From: Candidatus Nanopelagicales bacterium | Lineage (GTDB): Bacteria > Actinomycetota > Actinomycetes > S36-B12 | DNA: 64,000 nt | Direction of reading: 5' to 3' | Assembly (NCBI GenBank): GCA_040266055.1 | Contig: JBDQFC010000002.1 | Location: forward strand, 6,219-70,218 | Notes under the pieces: generated by a model | Seen by the model: the letters and a program-made list of their open reading frames with translations, nothing else | The model's database searches: none | What the model was told of the DNA's origin: nothing | Part shown: positions 7,859 to 16,821 of the stretch, in pieces | How positions within the stretch are numbered: the stretch's first letter is position 1 | How the letters are laid out: the number at the start of each line of letters is the position of its first letter | Made by a program: the position numbers and the translations under genes

Positions 7859-8764
7859 GTGACGCGCTTCGCCCTGGATCGGCTCCAATTCGTTGTCGCG
7901 ATCATCAATGTCATCGCGGCTGTGGTGACAGCTTTTCTGATCGTTATCGATGATCGAACGATCCTCGGTGAACCGCTGTGGATGAAGCCGTTCAAGTTCT
8001 TCATCTCCGCCGCATTGTTGTCGCTGAGCCTTTCGTACCTCGTGCCGCGCATCAGCAAAGCACCTCGGACCACGCGAATCGCCAGTATCACCATCGTCGT
8101 GTGTCTCACCGTCGAACTTGTCTTGATTACCTCGGCCGCGGCTGCCGAAACGACGAGTCACTTCAACGTCAGTTCACCGGCGGCGACGGCGGTATGGAGT
8201 GCGATGGCGTGGTTCATCACCGTTTTGTGGTTTGCCACCATGGTGCTCGCCGTCATGTTCATCCGCAGTCCCGGTGTCGATCAGGTCATGAAGCGCGCAT
8301 TCACCTGGGGCCTCGTCGTATCCATCGCCGGAATGGGTGTTGCCTTCTTGATGACCGGTCCCACGGCGGAACAACTTGCAGATTTCCAAGGGGTCGCCGG
8401 AGCACACACCGTCGGATCAGAAGATGGCGGCCCCGGTATCCCTCTGTTCGGATGGTCGACCGTCGCGGGAGATCTACGAGTTCCGCACTTCGTCGGGCTT
8501 CATGCCCTGCAGTTGATCCCGCTCGCAGTTTTCTTCCTCCGGACAAAAATTTCCATCACGGGAGTGGACTTCATCGGCCTTGGCTACCTGATCGTGGTCG
8601 GATTGCTCACCGCGCAAGCGCTGGCCGGGCAGTCGGTTGTAGCGCCGTCACCAGCATTCGCCCTGGGAATCATCGCGGCGATCGCCGTTCCGCTGACCGC
8701 CGCTTTGATTCGTGGCCCACGGGCTGAGACTGATGCCGAAAGCGAGCGGCCCGCGCCCTCGTAG
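7859..8764 (+). CDS. Polytopic membrane protein of unknown function
   Basis: 301 aa with about 7-8 hydrophobic segments. Conserved-looking loop GAHTVGSEDGGPGIPLFGWS...HFVGLHALQ. I do not recognise a family. Confidence 0.55.
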   Translation: MTRFALDRLQFVVAIINVIAAVVTAFLIVIDDRTILGEPLWMKPFKFFISAALLSLSLSYLVPRISKAPRTTRIASITIVVCLTVELVLITSAAAAETTSHFNVSSPAATAVWSAMAWFITVLWFATMVLAVMFIRSPGVDQVMKRAFTWGLVVSIAGMGVAFLMTGPTAEQLADFQGVAGAHTVGSEDGGPGIPLFGWSTVAGDLRVPHFVGLHALQLIPLAVFFLRTKISITGVDFIGLGYLIVVGLLTAQALAGQSVVAPSPAFALGIIAAIAVPLTAALIRGPRAETDAESERPAPS

Positions 8765-8784
8765 ATGTACCGAGCCGATGTGCG

Positions 8785-10341
8785 CTAGATCCAGGTGGGC
8801 AGCCACATGCGCGCTCGCCAGGCGTCATAAGTGATCACTTCAGCCGACCAGATCGGATAGAACCACCACGCTGCCAGGACCACCGCGAGGACGTAACCAC
8901 CGATCAGCAAGGCGGGAACCCAGCGCGGCCTGTTCCGCAGCCCCCGCGCGATGGCCCCGAGGGTGAGTGTCACCGCCATCACCACGAAAGGCACGTACAC
9001 GACCGTGTAGAACGTGAAGATCGTGCGGTCGAGGTAGAGCATCCACGGCAACCATCCTGCGGCGATGCCGAGGATCACTGCAGCCGAGCGCCAGTCTTTC
9101 ATCGCGATCCATCGCCATAGCTGGTAAGGGATCGCTAGAAGTGCGGCCCACCAGATGATCGGGTTGCCGACTGCCAGCACGGTGCTCGAGCAACTATCGG
9201 CACCGCAACCCTCGGGAGACTCGTAATAGAAGCTCGTGGGTCGCGTCATAAATGGCCATGACAGCGGGTTGCTGGCGTAGTTGTGTTCGGCCTGGAGATT
9301 GGTGTGGAAGTTCCACATTTCGGAGTGGTAGTGCCACAGCGATCGGATCGGGTCGGGGACGAGTGAATCGCCCTGGTCGGCTGCCCAGTTGCGGCTCCAC
9401 CCGGTGGAGGTGGCGAACCATCCGGTCCACGTCAGCAAGTAGACGCCGATCCCGATGACGAGTGTTGACAATGCAGCCAGTGGCAAGTCGCGAGCGAAAG
9501 CTGCCGACCACGGGTGGTCCACGCCGATGGCACGTCGAAGTAGTGCGTCCCAGACGAGGGACATCGCCATGAAGGCCGCGAGGAACCAGATACCTGACCA
9601 CTTGGTACCGCACGCAAGTCCAAACGCGACGATCGCGGCGATTCGCCAGGGGCGCCAACCCAGGAACGGACCTAGCCCGGCGGCAACCCGGTCGGCTCCG
9701 CGTTGCCTGACGTCGGCGGCGACGCGTTTTCGAGTGTGATCTCGATCCACGAGCAGAAGACCGAAACCTGCAAGAACCCAAAAACCGAGAACCAGGTCCA
9801 ACAGGGCGGTTCTACTCATCACGATGTGGATGCCGTCGAGGGCTAGGAGGAGACCGGCGATCGTGCCGATGGCATCGGATCGGGTCAGGCGCCGAACGAT
9901 GCGGGCAGTCATGATCACCGCGATCACACCGAGGATCGCTATGGCGATGCGCCAGCCGAACGGATCCACTCCGAAGATGTACTCGCCGATCGCGATCGTC
10001 CACTTGCCCACAGGTGGGTGGACGATAAACCCCGGTTCACCGCTGAACGCTTCGACCGCCCGCCAGTTGTCTCCTGCTTGAAGCATGAGTTCTTTGTGGT
10101 TGTCCACCTCGTCGACCTCAACGCCGTAACGCAGATACGACCATGCGTCCTTCGCGTAGTACGTCTCGTCGAACACCACCGCGTTTGGCTCGCCGAGCCG
10201 AGGAAGTCGGATGAGGGCGGCAATGGCACCGACCGCTAGCGGCCCAGCCCAGCCGCGCCATCCATGCGAGGGCATGGGTGATGCGAGGCGATCAGGAAGG
10301 GTCACCGTGCTGCGATCCGGGGCAGCGGTCACAGGCGACAC
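8785..10341 (-). CDS. pmt: Protein O-mannosyltransferase (GT39, dolichyl/polyprenyl-phosphate-mannose dependent)
   Basis: 518 aa, polytopic. FDETYYAKDAWSYLRYG motif. Divergent from rsmI, as in mycobacteria. Confidence 0.85.
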   Translation of the reverse strand: MSPVTAAPDRSTVTLPDRLASPMPSHGWRGWAGPLAVGAIAALIRLPRLGEPNAVVFDETYYAKDAWSYLRYGVEVDEVDNHKELMLQAGDNWRAVEAFSGEPGFIVHPPVGKWTIAIGEYIFGVDPFGWRIAIAILGVIAVIMTARIVRRLTRSDAIGTIAGLLLALDGIHIVMSRTALLDLVLGFWVLAGFGLLLVDRDHTRKRVAADVRQRGADRVAAGLGPFLGWRPWRIAAIVAFGLACGTKWSGIWFLAAFMAMSLVWDALLRRAIGVDHPWSAAFARDLPLAALSTLVIGIGVYLLTWTGWFATSTGWSRNWAADQGDSLVPDPIRSLWHYHSEMWNFHTNLQAEHNYASNPLSWPFMTRPTSFYYESPEGCGADSCSSTVLAVGNPIIWWAALLAIPYQLWRWIAMKDWRSAAVILGIAAGWLPWMLYLDRTIFTFYTVVYVPFVVMAVTLTLGAIARGLRNRPRWVPALLIGGYVLAVVLAAWWFYPIWSAEVITYDAWRARMWLPTWI

Positions 10342-10354
10342 GATGCCATCGTAG

Positions 10355-11245
10355 GTGCGACAAGATGGGGTGGTGATCGATGACAGCAGTCAAGGCCAGA
10401 TATTGCTGGCCGCTACCCCGGTGGGCAATGCTCAGGACGCGTCGGCGCGGCTAGTGGCGGCCTTGCGGGACTGCGATGTCATCGCCGCCGAGGACACCCG
10501 CCGGCTTCGGGCACTTCTGTCGCGCTTGGAGATCGAGCCGCGCGGGCAGATCTTGTCCTTCTACGAGGGAAACGAATCCGCTCGCGTTCCGGAGTTGATT
10601 GACAAGGCTGCTCGTGGTGCTCGGGTGCTCGTGGTCACCGATGCGGGGATGCCGTCGGTGAGCGATCCGGGCTTTCGCTTGGTGCGTGAGGCGCATGAAG
10701 CCGGCGTTGCTATCACCTGCCTGCCTGGACCGTCTGCCGCATTGGCTGCTCTCGTGCTGTCGGGCCTGCCCGTTGCTCGGTTCGCCTTCGAGGGCTTCCT
10801 TCCGCGCAAGGAGGGGGATCGTCGTCGTCGTTTGGAGTCCTTGACCACCGAAGAGCGCACCATGGTGTTCTTCGAAGCACCACATCGACTCGATGCGAGC
10901 CTTGCGGACATGGTTCGGGCATTCGGACCTGATCGGCAGGCAGCGGTCTGCCGGGAACTGACCAAGACGCACGAAGAGGTCAAGCGGGGTGGTCTCGGCG
11001 AGCTGGCGGATTGGGCCACCGGTGAGGTTCGCGGTGAGATCACCGTCGTGGTGGACGGGGCATCGACAGACGAGATCCGGGCCGCGTCAGGGCTAGGGGA
11101 CGACGAGTCCATATCTGCGGCCGTCGCCGAGGCGATGGCTGGTGGACTGTCGCGCAAGGATGCGGCTGCGCAGGTCGCATCTGCCGCCGGCTTACCCAAA
11201 CGACAGGTGTACGACACCTCGTTGCGTACATCCGGCGACACCTAG
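10355..11245 (+). CDS. rsmI: 16S rRNA (cytidine1402-2'-O)-methyltransferase
   Basis: LLAATPVGNAQDAS...IAAEDTRR tetrapyrrole-methylase-fold signature. The start is uncertain (GTG 10355, 10370 or 10373). Confidence 0.85.
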   Translation: MRQDGVVIDDSSQGQILLAATPVGNAQDASARLVAALRDCDVIAAEDTRRLRALLSRLEIEPRGQILSFYEGNESARVPELIDKAARGARVLVVTDAGMPSVSDPGFRLVREAHEAGVAITCLPGPSAALAALVLSGLPVARFAFEGFLPRKEGDRRRRLESLTTEERTMVFFEAPHRLDASLADMVRAFGPDRQAAVCRELTKTHEEVKRGGLGELADWATGEVRGEITVVVDGASTDEIRAASGLGDDESISAAVAEAMAGGLSRKDAAAQVASAAGLPKRQVYDTSLRTSGDT

Positions 11246-11254
11246 GATTCGGAT

Positions 11255-12868
11255 ATGTCCGCCCCCGCCGATGACAAGGCGTATTACGTCACCACGCCCA
11301 TTTATTACGTCAACGATGCCCCTCACATCGGCCACGCGTACACGACCACAGCGGGTGACGTCCTCACGAGGTGGCACCGGCAGCGCGGCGAGAAGGTTTG
11401 GTATCTCACGGGTGTGGACGAGCACGGAACCAAGGTGCAGCGTGCGGCCGAAGCCGGAGGCGTGACACCGCAGCAGTGGGTCGATCGACTGGTGGCCGAT
11501 TCCTGGCTTCCCGTCCTTGAGACGGTTGACGCAGCGAACGACGATTTCATTCGCACCACGCAAGACCGGCACGTGCACCGGGTTCAGAAGTTTTGGGAGA
11601 CCGTACGTGAGAACGGATACGTCTATTCGGCGCCCTACGAGGGTCCGTACTGCGTGGGGTGCGAGGAGTTCAAACTTCCCGGTGACTTGATCGACGGCAC
11701 TGGTGAATATGAGGGCCAGCAGGTGTGCCCAGTGCATAGTCGTCCGGCAGAGGAATTGCGCGAGGACAACTGGTTCTTCAAGCTGTCGGCTTTCGGTGAT
11801 CGACTCATCGAGCATTACGAGGCTCACCCGAACGCGGTGCGTCCGCAAAGTGCGTACAACGAGGTCATGGCCTTCTTGAAGCAAGGACTCGTCGACATCT
11901 CGATGTCCCGCTCGAGTGTGGACTGGGGCATTCCGCTGACGTGGGACGACAACCAGGTTGTGTATGTCTGGTTCGACGCGCTGTTGAACTACGCGACAGC
12001 CACGGGCTATGGATCCGAGCCAGGCAGTGACGACGCCGCCAAGTACGCGACCACCTGGCCGGCGGACGTCCACCTCGTGGGCAAGGACATCCTGCGCTTC
12101 CACGCCGTCTACTGGCCGGCGATGCTTTTGGCCGCTGGAGAACCATTGCCCAAGCAGGTGTTTGCGCACGGTTGGTTGCTCGTCGGCGGGGAGAAGATGA
12201 GCAAGTCCAAGCTCACCGGTATCGCACCCGAACAGATCATTGATCACTTTGGCTCGGATGCTTTCCGCTACTACTTCATGCGGGCTATCAGCTTCGGCCA
12301 GGACGGCTCCTTCTCCTGGGAGGACATGTCGGCCCGCTACACCTCCGAACTCGCCAATGGATTGGGCAACCTCGCCTCGCGATCGACGGCGATGGTGGGC
12401 AAGTACCGCGGTGGTGTACTGCCGGAGTCTGGTCCGTTAACGGCGGCTGAAGACGCCGTCGTCCAACGATTGGCGGATGCCGCGGATGCCGCGGACGCCG
12501 CGATCGGTGAACTGGATTTCGCCACTGCGATTGGTGAGATTCGCAGCGTGGTGGAACTCGTCAATCAATACGTGACAGAGGTCGAACCGTGGGTGCTTGC
12601 CAAGGACGATGCCAACTCTGAGCGTCTTGACACGGTCCTATACACGATGTGTGAAGCGCTCCGCGCCGTCGCCGTTTTGTACAACTCCGTGATGCCCAAG
12701 GCGATGTCGAGTTTGTGGGCGCAGTTAGGTGCGGAGGAAGAACTCGGGCCGCTGGCTGCACAACGGATCGATTCGGTCGGTCGCTGGGGACAGTTGCCGG
12801 CTGGCGTCACCGTCACCAAGGGCGATGCTCTGTTCCCCCGGTTGCCGGACGAGCCGTCGGAGGCCTAG
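11255..12868 (+). CDS. metG: Methionine--tRNA ligase
   Basis: PIYYVNDAPHIGHAYT (HIGH motif) and KMSKSK motif. 537 aa. Confidence 0.95.
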   Translation: MSAPADDKAYYVTTPIYYVNDAPHIGHAYTTTAGDVLTRWHRQRGEKVWYLTGVDEHGTKVQRAAEAGGVTPQQWVDRLVADSWLPVLETVDAANDDFIRTTQDRHVHRVQKFWETVRENGYVYSAPYEGPYCVGCEEFKLPGDLIDGTGEYEGQQVCPVHSRPAEELREDNWFFKLSAFGDRLIEHYEAHPNAVRPQSAYNEVMAFLKQGLVDISMSRSSVDWGIPLTWDDNQVVYVWFDALLNYATATGYGSEPGSDDAAKYATTWPADVHLVGKDILRFHAVYWPAMLLAAGEPLPKQVFAHGWLLVGGEKMSKSKLTGIAPEQIIDHFGSDAFRYYFMRAISFGQDGSFSWEDMSARYTSELANGLGNLASRSTAMVGKYRGGVLPESGPLTAAEDAVVQRLADAADAADAAIGELDFATAIGEIRSVVELVNQYVTEVEPWVLAKDDANSERLDTVLYTMCEALRAVAVLYNSVMPKAMSSLWAQLGAEEELGPLAAQRIDSVGRWGQLPAGVTVTKGDALFPRLPDEPSEA

Positions 12869-12870
12869 CG

Positions 12871-13731
12871 ATGGGCCGCGAACTCGGCTGGCCGGATGCA
12901 CCGGAGGCGCTGCCGCGCCCGGTGATCGACTCGCACACTCACCTCGATGTGCACGACCGTTCGCTGCACGGCGATGAAGTGCCGGAGGCTGAGGCTTTGC
13001 TTGCTTGGGCTGCCGAGGTTGGTGTCCCCCAGGTGGTGCAGATTGGTTGCGACGTGGAATCGGCCGAGTGGTCGGTCCCGTTCGCGAAGTCGCATCCGAA
13101 TGTGGCCGTCGGTGTGGCGCTACACCCCAACGATGCTGCGCGCATCGGAGTCCGGCAGGGCAAAGGGGCGCTGGAAGCCGCCTGGGATCGGATCGATGAG
13201 TTGGCGCGTGACTCCGTCGTCCGTGCGGTGGGTGAGACCGGGCTCGATTACTTCCGCACTCCTGAGCCCGAAGGCCAAGCGATGCAGCACGAGTCCTTCC
13301 GCTGGCATATCGATCTAGCTAAGAAACTCGACAAGACCTTGGTGATACACGATCGCGATTCCCATGACGACGTCATCTCCGTCCTGCTGGATCAGGGTGC
13401 ACCGGAGCGGGTCGTGTTCCACTGCTTCTCCGGGGATGCCGAAATGGCGAAGGTTTGCGCGGAGCGCGGGTGGTTCATGTCCTTTGCCGGAGTGATTACG
13501 TTCGGCAGCGCCGAAGGACTGCGCGAGGCGCTGCGAGTAGTGCCGGGTGACCTGTTGCTAGTCGAGACCGACGCTCCGTACTTGACACCGAAGCCGAATC
13601 GCGGGCGAGTCAACGCGACATATCTGATGCCGTGGACGGTACGACGGATGGCGCAGGAGCGCGGAGAGGATCTCGACGAACTCTGCGACGCACTTGTGGT
13701 CAATACCTACCGAGCTTTCGGGCAGTGGTGA
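12871..13731 (+). CDS. tatD: TatD-family metal-dependent DNase/hydrolase
   Basis: VIDSHTHLD...GETGLDY...VIHDRDSH...ETDAPYL motifs. ATG 12871 lies 2 nt after the metG stop. The upstream part of the 338-aa ORF overlaps metG and was rejected. Confidence 0.9.
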   Translation: MGRELGWPDAPEALPRPVIDSHTHLDVHDRSLHGDEVPEAEALLAWAAEVGVPQVVQIGCDVESAEWSVPFAKSHPNVAVGVALHPNDAARIGVRQGKGALEAAWDRIDELARDSVVRAVGETGLDYFRTPEPEGQAMQHESFRWHIDLAKKLDKTLVIHDRDSHDDVISVLLDQGAPERVVFHCFSGDAEMAKVCAERGWFMSFAGVITFGSAEGLREALRVVPGDLLLVETDAPYLTPKPNRGRVNATYLMPWTVRRMAQERGEDLDELCDALVVNTYRAFGQW

Positions 13732-14573
13732 GTTCGCTTCTCGGGGCCGCCGACATTCGGCGTCTCGCAGCGGAGCTCGATATTCATCCCACCAAGAAGT
13801 GGGGGCAGAACTTTGTCATCGACCCGAACACGGTCCGACGAATCGTCCGCACGTCCAACGTCAGTGCGGGCGATGTCGTGCTGGAAGTAGGTCCGGGTCT
13901 GGGAAGCCTGACGTTGGCTCTGCTGGAAACCGGATCCGACGTGGTTGCCGTGGAGATCGATCCACGTTTGGCTGATCGACTTCCTCGCACGGTGTCGGAA
14001 TTTGCACCCGAGGTCGCCGCGCGACTCGACGTAGTACAGGCCGACGCCCTGCAGGTGACCTCGCTGCCCAAGGACCCCACAGCATTGGTGGCAAACCTTC
14101 CATACAACGTTGCTGTCCCGGTTGTGCTCCATTTGCTCGCCACATTTCCGACGATTCAGCGCGTGCTGGTTATGGTGCAGAAGGAAGTTGCGGATCGACT
14201 CTGCGCTGGGCCGGGATCTCGCACCTACGGAGCTCCGAGCGTCAAGGCGCGGTGGTTTGGTGACGTCTCCTACGCCGGCGATGTAGGACGCGCAGTGTTC
14301 TGGCCTGCTCCAAACGTCGATTCCGGTTTGGTCTCAATCGTGCGAACGAATCAACCCGCGGATGTTGATCGAAATGCCGTCTTTGGTGCTGTAGATGCCG
14401 CCTTCGGTCAGCGCCGCAAACAGATCAAATCAGCGCTGGCGCCGTGGCTAGTGCAACAGCCTCGGGCAGTTGACGCGCTAGCGCGTGCGGGTGTGGATCC
14501 GCAGAGCCGTGGCGAACAGTTGAGCCTGGATGACTTCTGCGCTATCGCTCGGGCAGCAACGGGTAGCGCGTAG
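13728..14573 (+). CDS. rsmA: 16S rRNA (adenine1518/1519-N6)-dimethyltransferase
   Basis: KKWGQNFVIDPNTVRRIV...VLEVGPGLGSLT SAM-methyltransferase motifs. GTG 13728 overlaps the tatD stop (GTGA). Confidence 0.9.
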   Translation: MSSLLGAADIRRLAAELDIHPTKKWGQNFVIDPNTVRRIVRTSNVSAGDVVLEVGPGLGSLTLALLETGSDVVAVEIDPRLADRLPRTVSEFAPEVAARLDVVQADALQVTSLPKDPTALVANLPYNVAVPVVLHLLATFPTIQRVLVMVQKEVADRLCAGPGSRTYGAPSVKARWFGDVSYAGDVGRAVFWPAPNVDSGLVSIVRTNQPADVDRNAVFGAVDAAFGQRRKQIKSALAPWLVQQPRAVDALARAGVDPQSRGEQLSLDDFCAIARAATGSA

Positions 14574-14583
14574 CCCGTAACCT

Positions 14584-15486
14584 GTGGTTGTGCCCGTCAT
14601 CGTCCGCTCACCCGCCAAGATCAACGTGCAGTTATCGGTGGGGCCGTTGCGCGCCGATGGCTACCACGAACTCATTTCCGTCTTTCAGGCTGTTTCGCTG
14701 AACGACGTCGTCACTGCTAGTGAGGGTTCGGGAGTCTCGCTGTCCATGATGGGTGAAGGTGCTGAGTCGTTGCCGGTGGATGACACCAACCTGGCTGTCC
14801 GTGCGGCGCATGCACTGGCTCAATACGCGAAAGTCGATGCGAATGTTTCGCTGCACATCGAGAAGTCAATTCCGATTGCGGGCGGAATGGCTGGCGGGAG
14901 CACAGATGCAGCGGGCACACTCGTGGCCTGCGATGCACTGTGGGAAACGGGGCTAACGCGAGACCAACTTGCCGAGATCGGCGCCCAGTTGGGATCGGAT
15001 GTGCCATTCGCGCTGTTTGGTGGAAACGCAATTGGTCGTGGCCGCGGCGAGCAGATCATGCCGGTCCTTGGGCGCGGTCAGTTCCATTGGGTTTTCGCTT
15101 TCGCCGATGAGGGATTGTCGACTCCTGCGGTCTATCAACAGTGCGATCGACTTCGCGAGGCCGACGAAGTACCCGAGCCCTACGTCTCCGATCTATTGGT
15201 ACAGGCCCTTCGTGCTGGCGACCCCGAACTGCTCGCCGGTGCACTGCATAACGACCTTCAACCCGCCGCAATCTCACTGCGTCCGTCCTTGCGCACGCTC
15301 CTCGAAGCGGGAGTTGAGTACGGGGCGCTCGCGGGGATGGTGTCCGGAAGCGGACCCACATGTGCGTTCTTGTGCCGAGATAGTGAGCATTCGATTGACG
15401 TGGCCGTTGCTCTCACAGCTACGGGCATGTGTCGAACAGTCAAGCGGGGGACGGGGCCGTCGCCCGGTGCGCGGATCGAGCAGTAG
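14584..15486 (+). CDS. ispE: 4-diphosphocytidyl-2-C-methyl-D-erythritol kinase
   Basis: SPAKINVQLSVGPLRADGYHEL and IPIAGGMAGGSTDAAG GHMP-kinase motifs. Confidence 0.9.
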   Translation: MVVPVIVRSPAKINVQLSVGPLRADGYHELISVFQAVSLNDVVTASEGSGVSLSMMGEGAESLPVDDTNLAVRAAHALAQYAKVDANVSLHIEKSIPIAGGMAGGSTDAAGTLVACDALWETGLTRDQLAEIGAQLGSDVPFALFGGNAIGRGRGEQIMPVLGRGQFHWVFAFADEGLSTPAVYQQCDRLREADEVPEPYVSDLLVQALRAGDPELLAGALHNDLQPAAISLRPSLRTLLEAGVEYGALAGMVSGSGPTCAFLCRDSEHSIDVAVALTATGMCRTVKRGTGPSPGARIEQ

Positions 15487-15506
15487 GTCTTCGATCCTAC
15501 GGCTCG

Positions 15507-16016
15507 CTATTTTGCTTCGTCGAATTGCTGCATGAGATCGCGGAGCAGCGCGGCCAACTCGGTACGTTCATCGTCATTCAATGAGTCCAGCAGAGCGTGC
15601 TCGCGGGTCAATAGGTCAGCGAAAGATCCATCGACGGCCTTCTTCCCGGAATCGGTGAGTTCCACCCGCACCCCGCGACGGTCCTTGGGGTCGGGGCCGC
15701 GACGTACGAATCCTCGGGCTTCGAGCCGGTCCACCCGATTGGTCATCGTTCCGCTGGTGACCATCGTCTGACTGGTGAGTTGTCCGGGTGAAAGCGCGTA
15801 AGGAGCACCGGATCGGCGAAGGGCGGCTAGCACGTCGAACTCCCAACCCTCGAGGTCATGCTTGGCGAACGCCGCAGTTCGAGCCTGATCGAGATGACGG
15901 GCGAGACGGGTGACACGGGAAAGGACCGCGAGCGGCTGCACGTCGAGATCGGGGCGCTCGCGGTTCCAGGCTTCGACGATGACGTCGACGTCGTCCATGG
16001 CCCCATGGTAAGTCAA
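15507..16016 (-). CDS. MarR-family transcriptional regulator
   Basis: 169 aa with a winged-HTH core (LSPGQLTSQTMVTSGTMTNRVDRLEARGFVRR). The probable true start is ATG 15998. Confidence 0.8.
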   Translation of the reverse strand: MTYHGAMDDVDVIVEAWNRERPDLDVQPLAVLSRVTRLARHLDQARTAAFAKHDLEGWEFDVLAALRRSGAPYALSPGQLTSQTMVTSGTMTNRVDRLEARGFVRRGPDPKDRRGVRVELTDSGKKAVDGSFADLLTREHALLDSLNDDERTELAALLRDLMQQFDEAK

Positions 16017-16037
16017 GAATCTTGATATCGAGATTCT
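16016..16037. promoter_or_regulatory. Inverted repeat AGAATCT-N8-AGATTCT between the TetR stop and the MarR start
   Basis: 7-bp perfect arms read directly. It could be a MarR operator or a 3' hairpin for the upstream TetR transcript. Confidence 0.3.
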
Positions 16038-16044
16038 CGACGGA

Positions 16045-16821
16045 CTACTTCTTGGCGCGCTTCTTGCCCTTGTCGACGGTCCTCAGCACCGGCTTAGCCT
16101 CCATGTGCTCAAGGCCGTTCCACGCCAGGTTCACCAAGTGAGCCACGACGTCCTCCTTGCCCGGCTTGCGGACATCGAGCCACCACTGGCCGGTCAGCGC
16201 GACCATGCCGACTAGCGCCTGGGAGTAGACGGCCGCGTACTTGGTGCTGATGTCGTGGCTGTCGAACTCGCGGGCGAGCAAGTGCTCGACCTGGGCGGCG
16301 ATGTCGACGATCAAGTTGGCGAAAGAACCACTGGACTGGGAAACCGGAGAATCGCGAACCAGGATGCGAAAGCCCTCGGGATTGGTGTCGATGTAGTCGA
16401 AGAGCGCCATGCCGGCCTGCTCGAGTAGAGCACGAGCCGTGCCCGCGGTGAGGGCATCGGAAATGGAGACCAGGAGATCGTTCATCTCGCGGTCGACGAG
16501 GACGGCGTACAGGCCCTCCTTGCCACCGAAGTGCTCGTAGACCACGGGCTTGGAGACACCAGCTTTCGCCGCTATCTCCTCGACGCTGACAGCCTCGAAA
16601 CCTTTGTCGGCGAACAGCGAGCGACCGACATCGAGCAGTTGCTCGCGCCGCTCTTGGCCGGTCATACGGACCTTGGAACCCTTGCGTGAGCTCACGCGGG
16701 GGCGCCCGGTAGCTCGGGTGGAGCGCTGGGCGTTGCGTCCAGCAGCCGCGCTTAGTTCGACGACGGTGTCGTCGTCCAGGGACGTAGGGGTGTCCGGAAC
16801 CTCGGCGGGTTGCCCGCTCAC
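16045..16821 (-). CDS. TetR/AcrR-family transcriptional regulator, co-transcribed with the desaturase
   Basis: HTH region VSVEEIAAKAGVSKPVVYEHFGGKEGLY. GTG 16821 overlaps the desaturase stop (GTGA). An alternative start is ATG 16665 (MTGQERREQLL). Confidence 0.85.
   Translation of the reverse strand: MSGQPAEVPDTPTSLDDDTVVELSAAAGRNAQRSTRATGRPRVSSRKGSKVRMTGQERREQLLDVGRSLFADKGFEAVSVEEIAAKAGVSKPVVYEHFGGKEGLYAVLVDREMNDLLVSISDALTAGTARALLEQAGMALFDYIDTNPEGFRILVRDSPVSQSSGSFANLIVDIAAQVEHLLAREFDSHDISTKYAAVYSQALVGMVALTGQWWLDVRKPGKEDVVAHLVNLAWNGLEHMEAKPVLRTVDKGKKRAKK

Noticed and set aside
12715-12870. Upstream extensions of several plus-strand ORFs (tatD 12715, rsmA 13632, glmU 19230, pth 22640, mfd 23955, mazG 28245, lipoproteins 27662 and 37225, P450 49814, ligase 60152, permease 61899)
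   Set aside because: In each case the extension overlaps the preceding gene or lacks family-like sequence. A downstream ATG/GTG/TTG with a better context (Shine-Dalgarno or stop-start coupling) matches the expected protein N-terminus.
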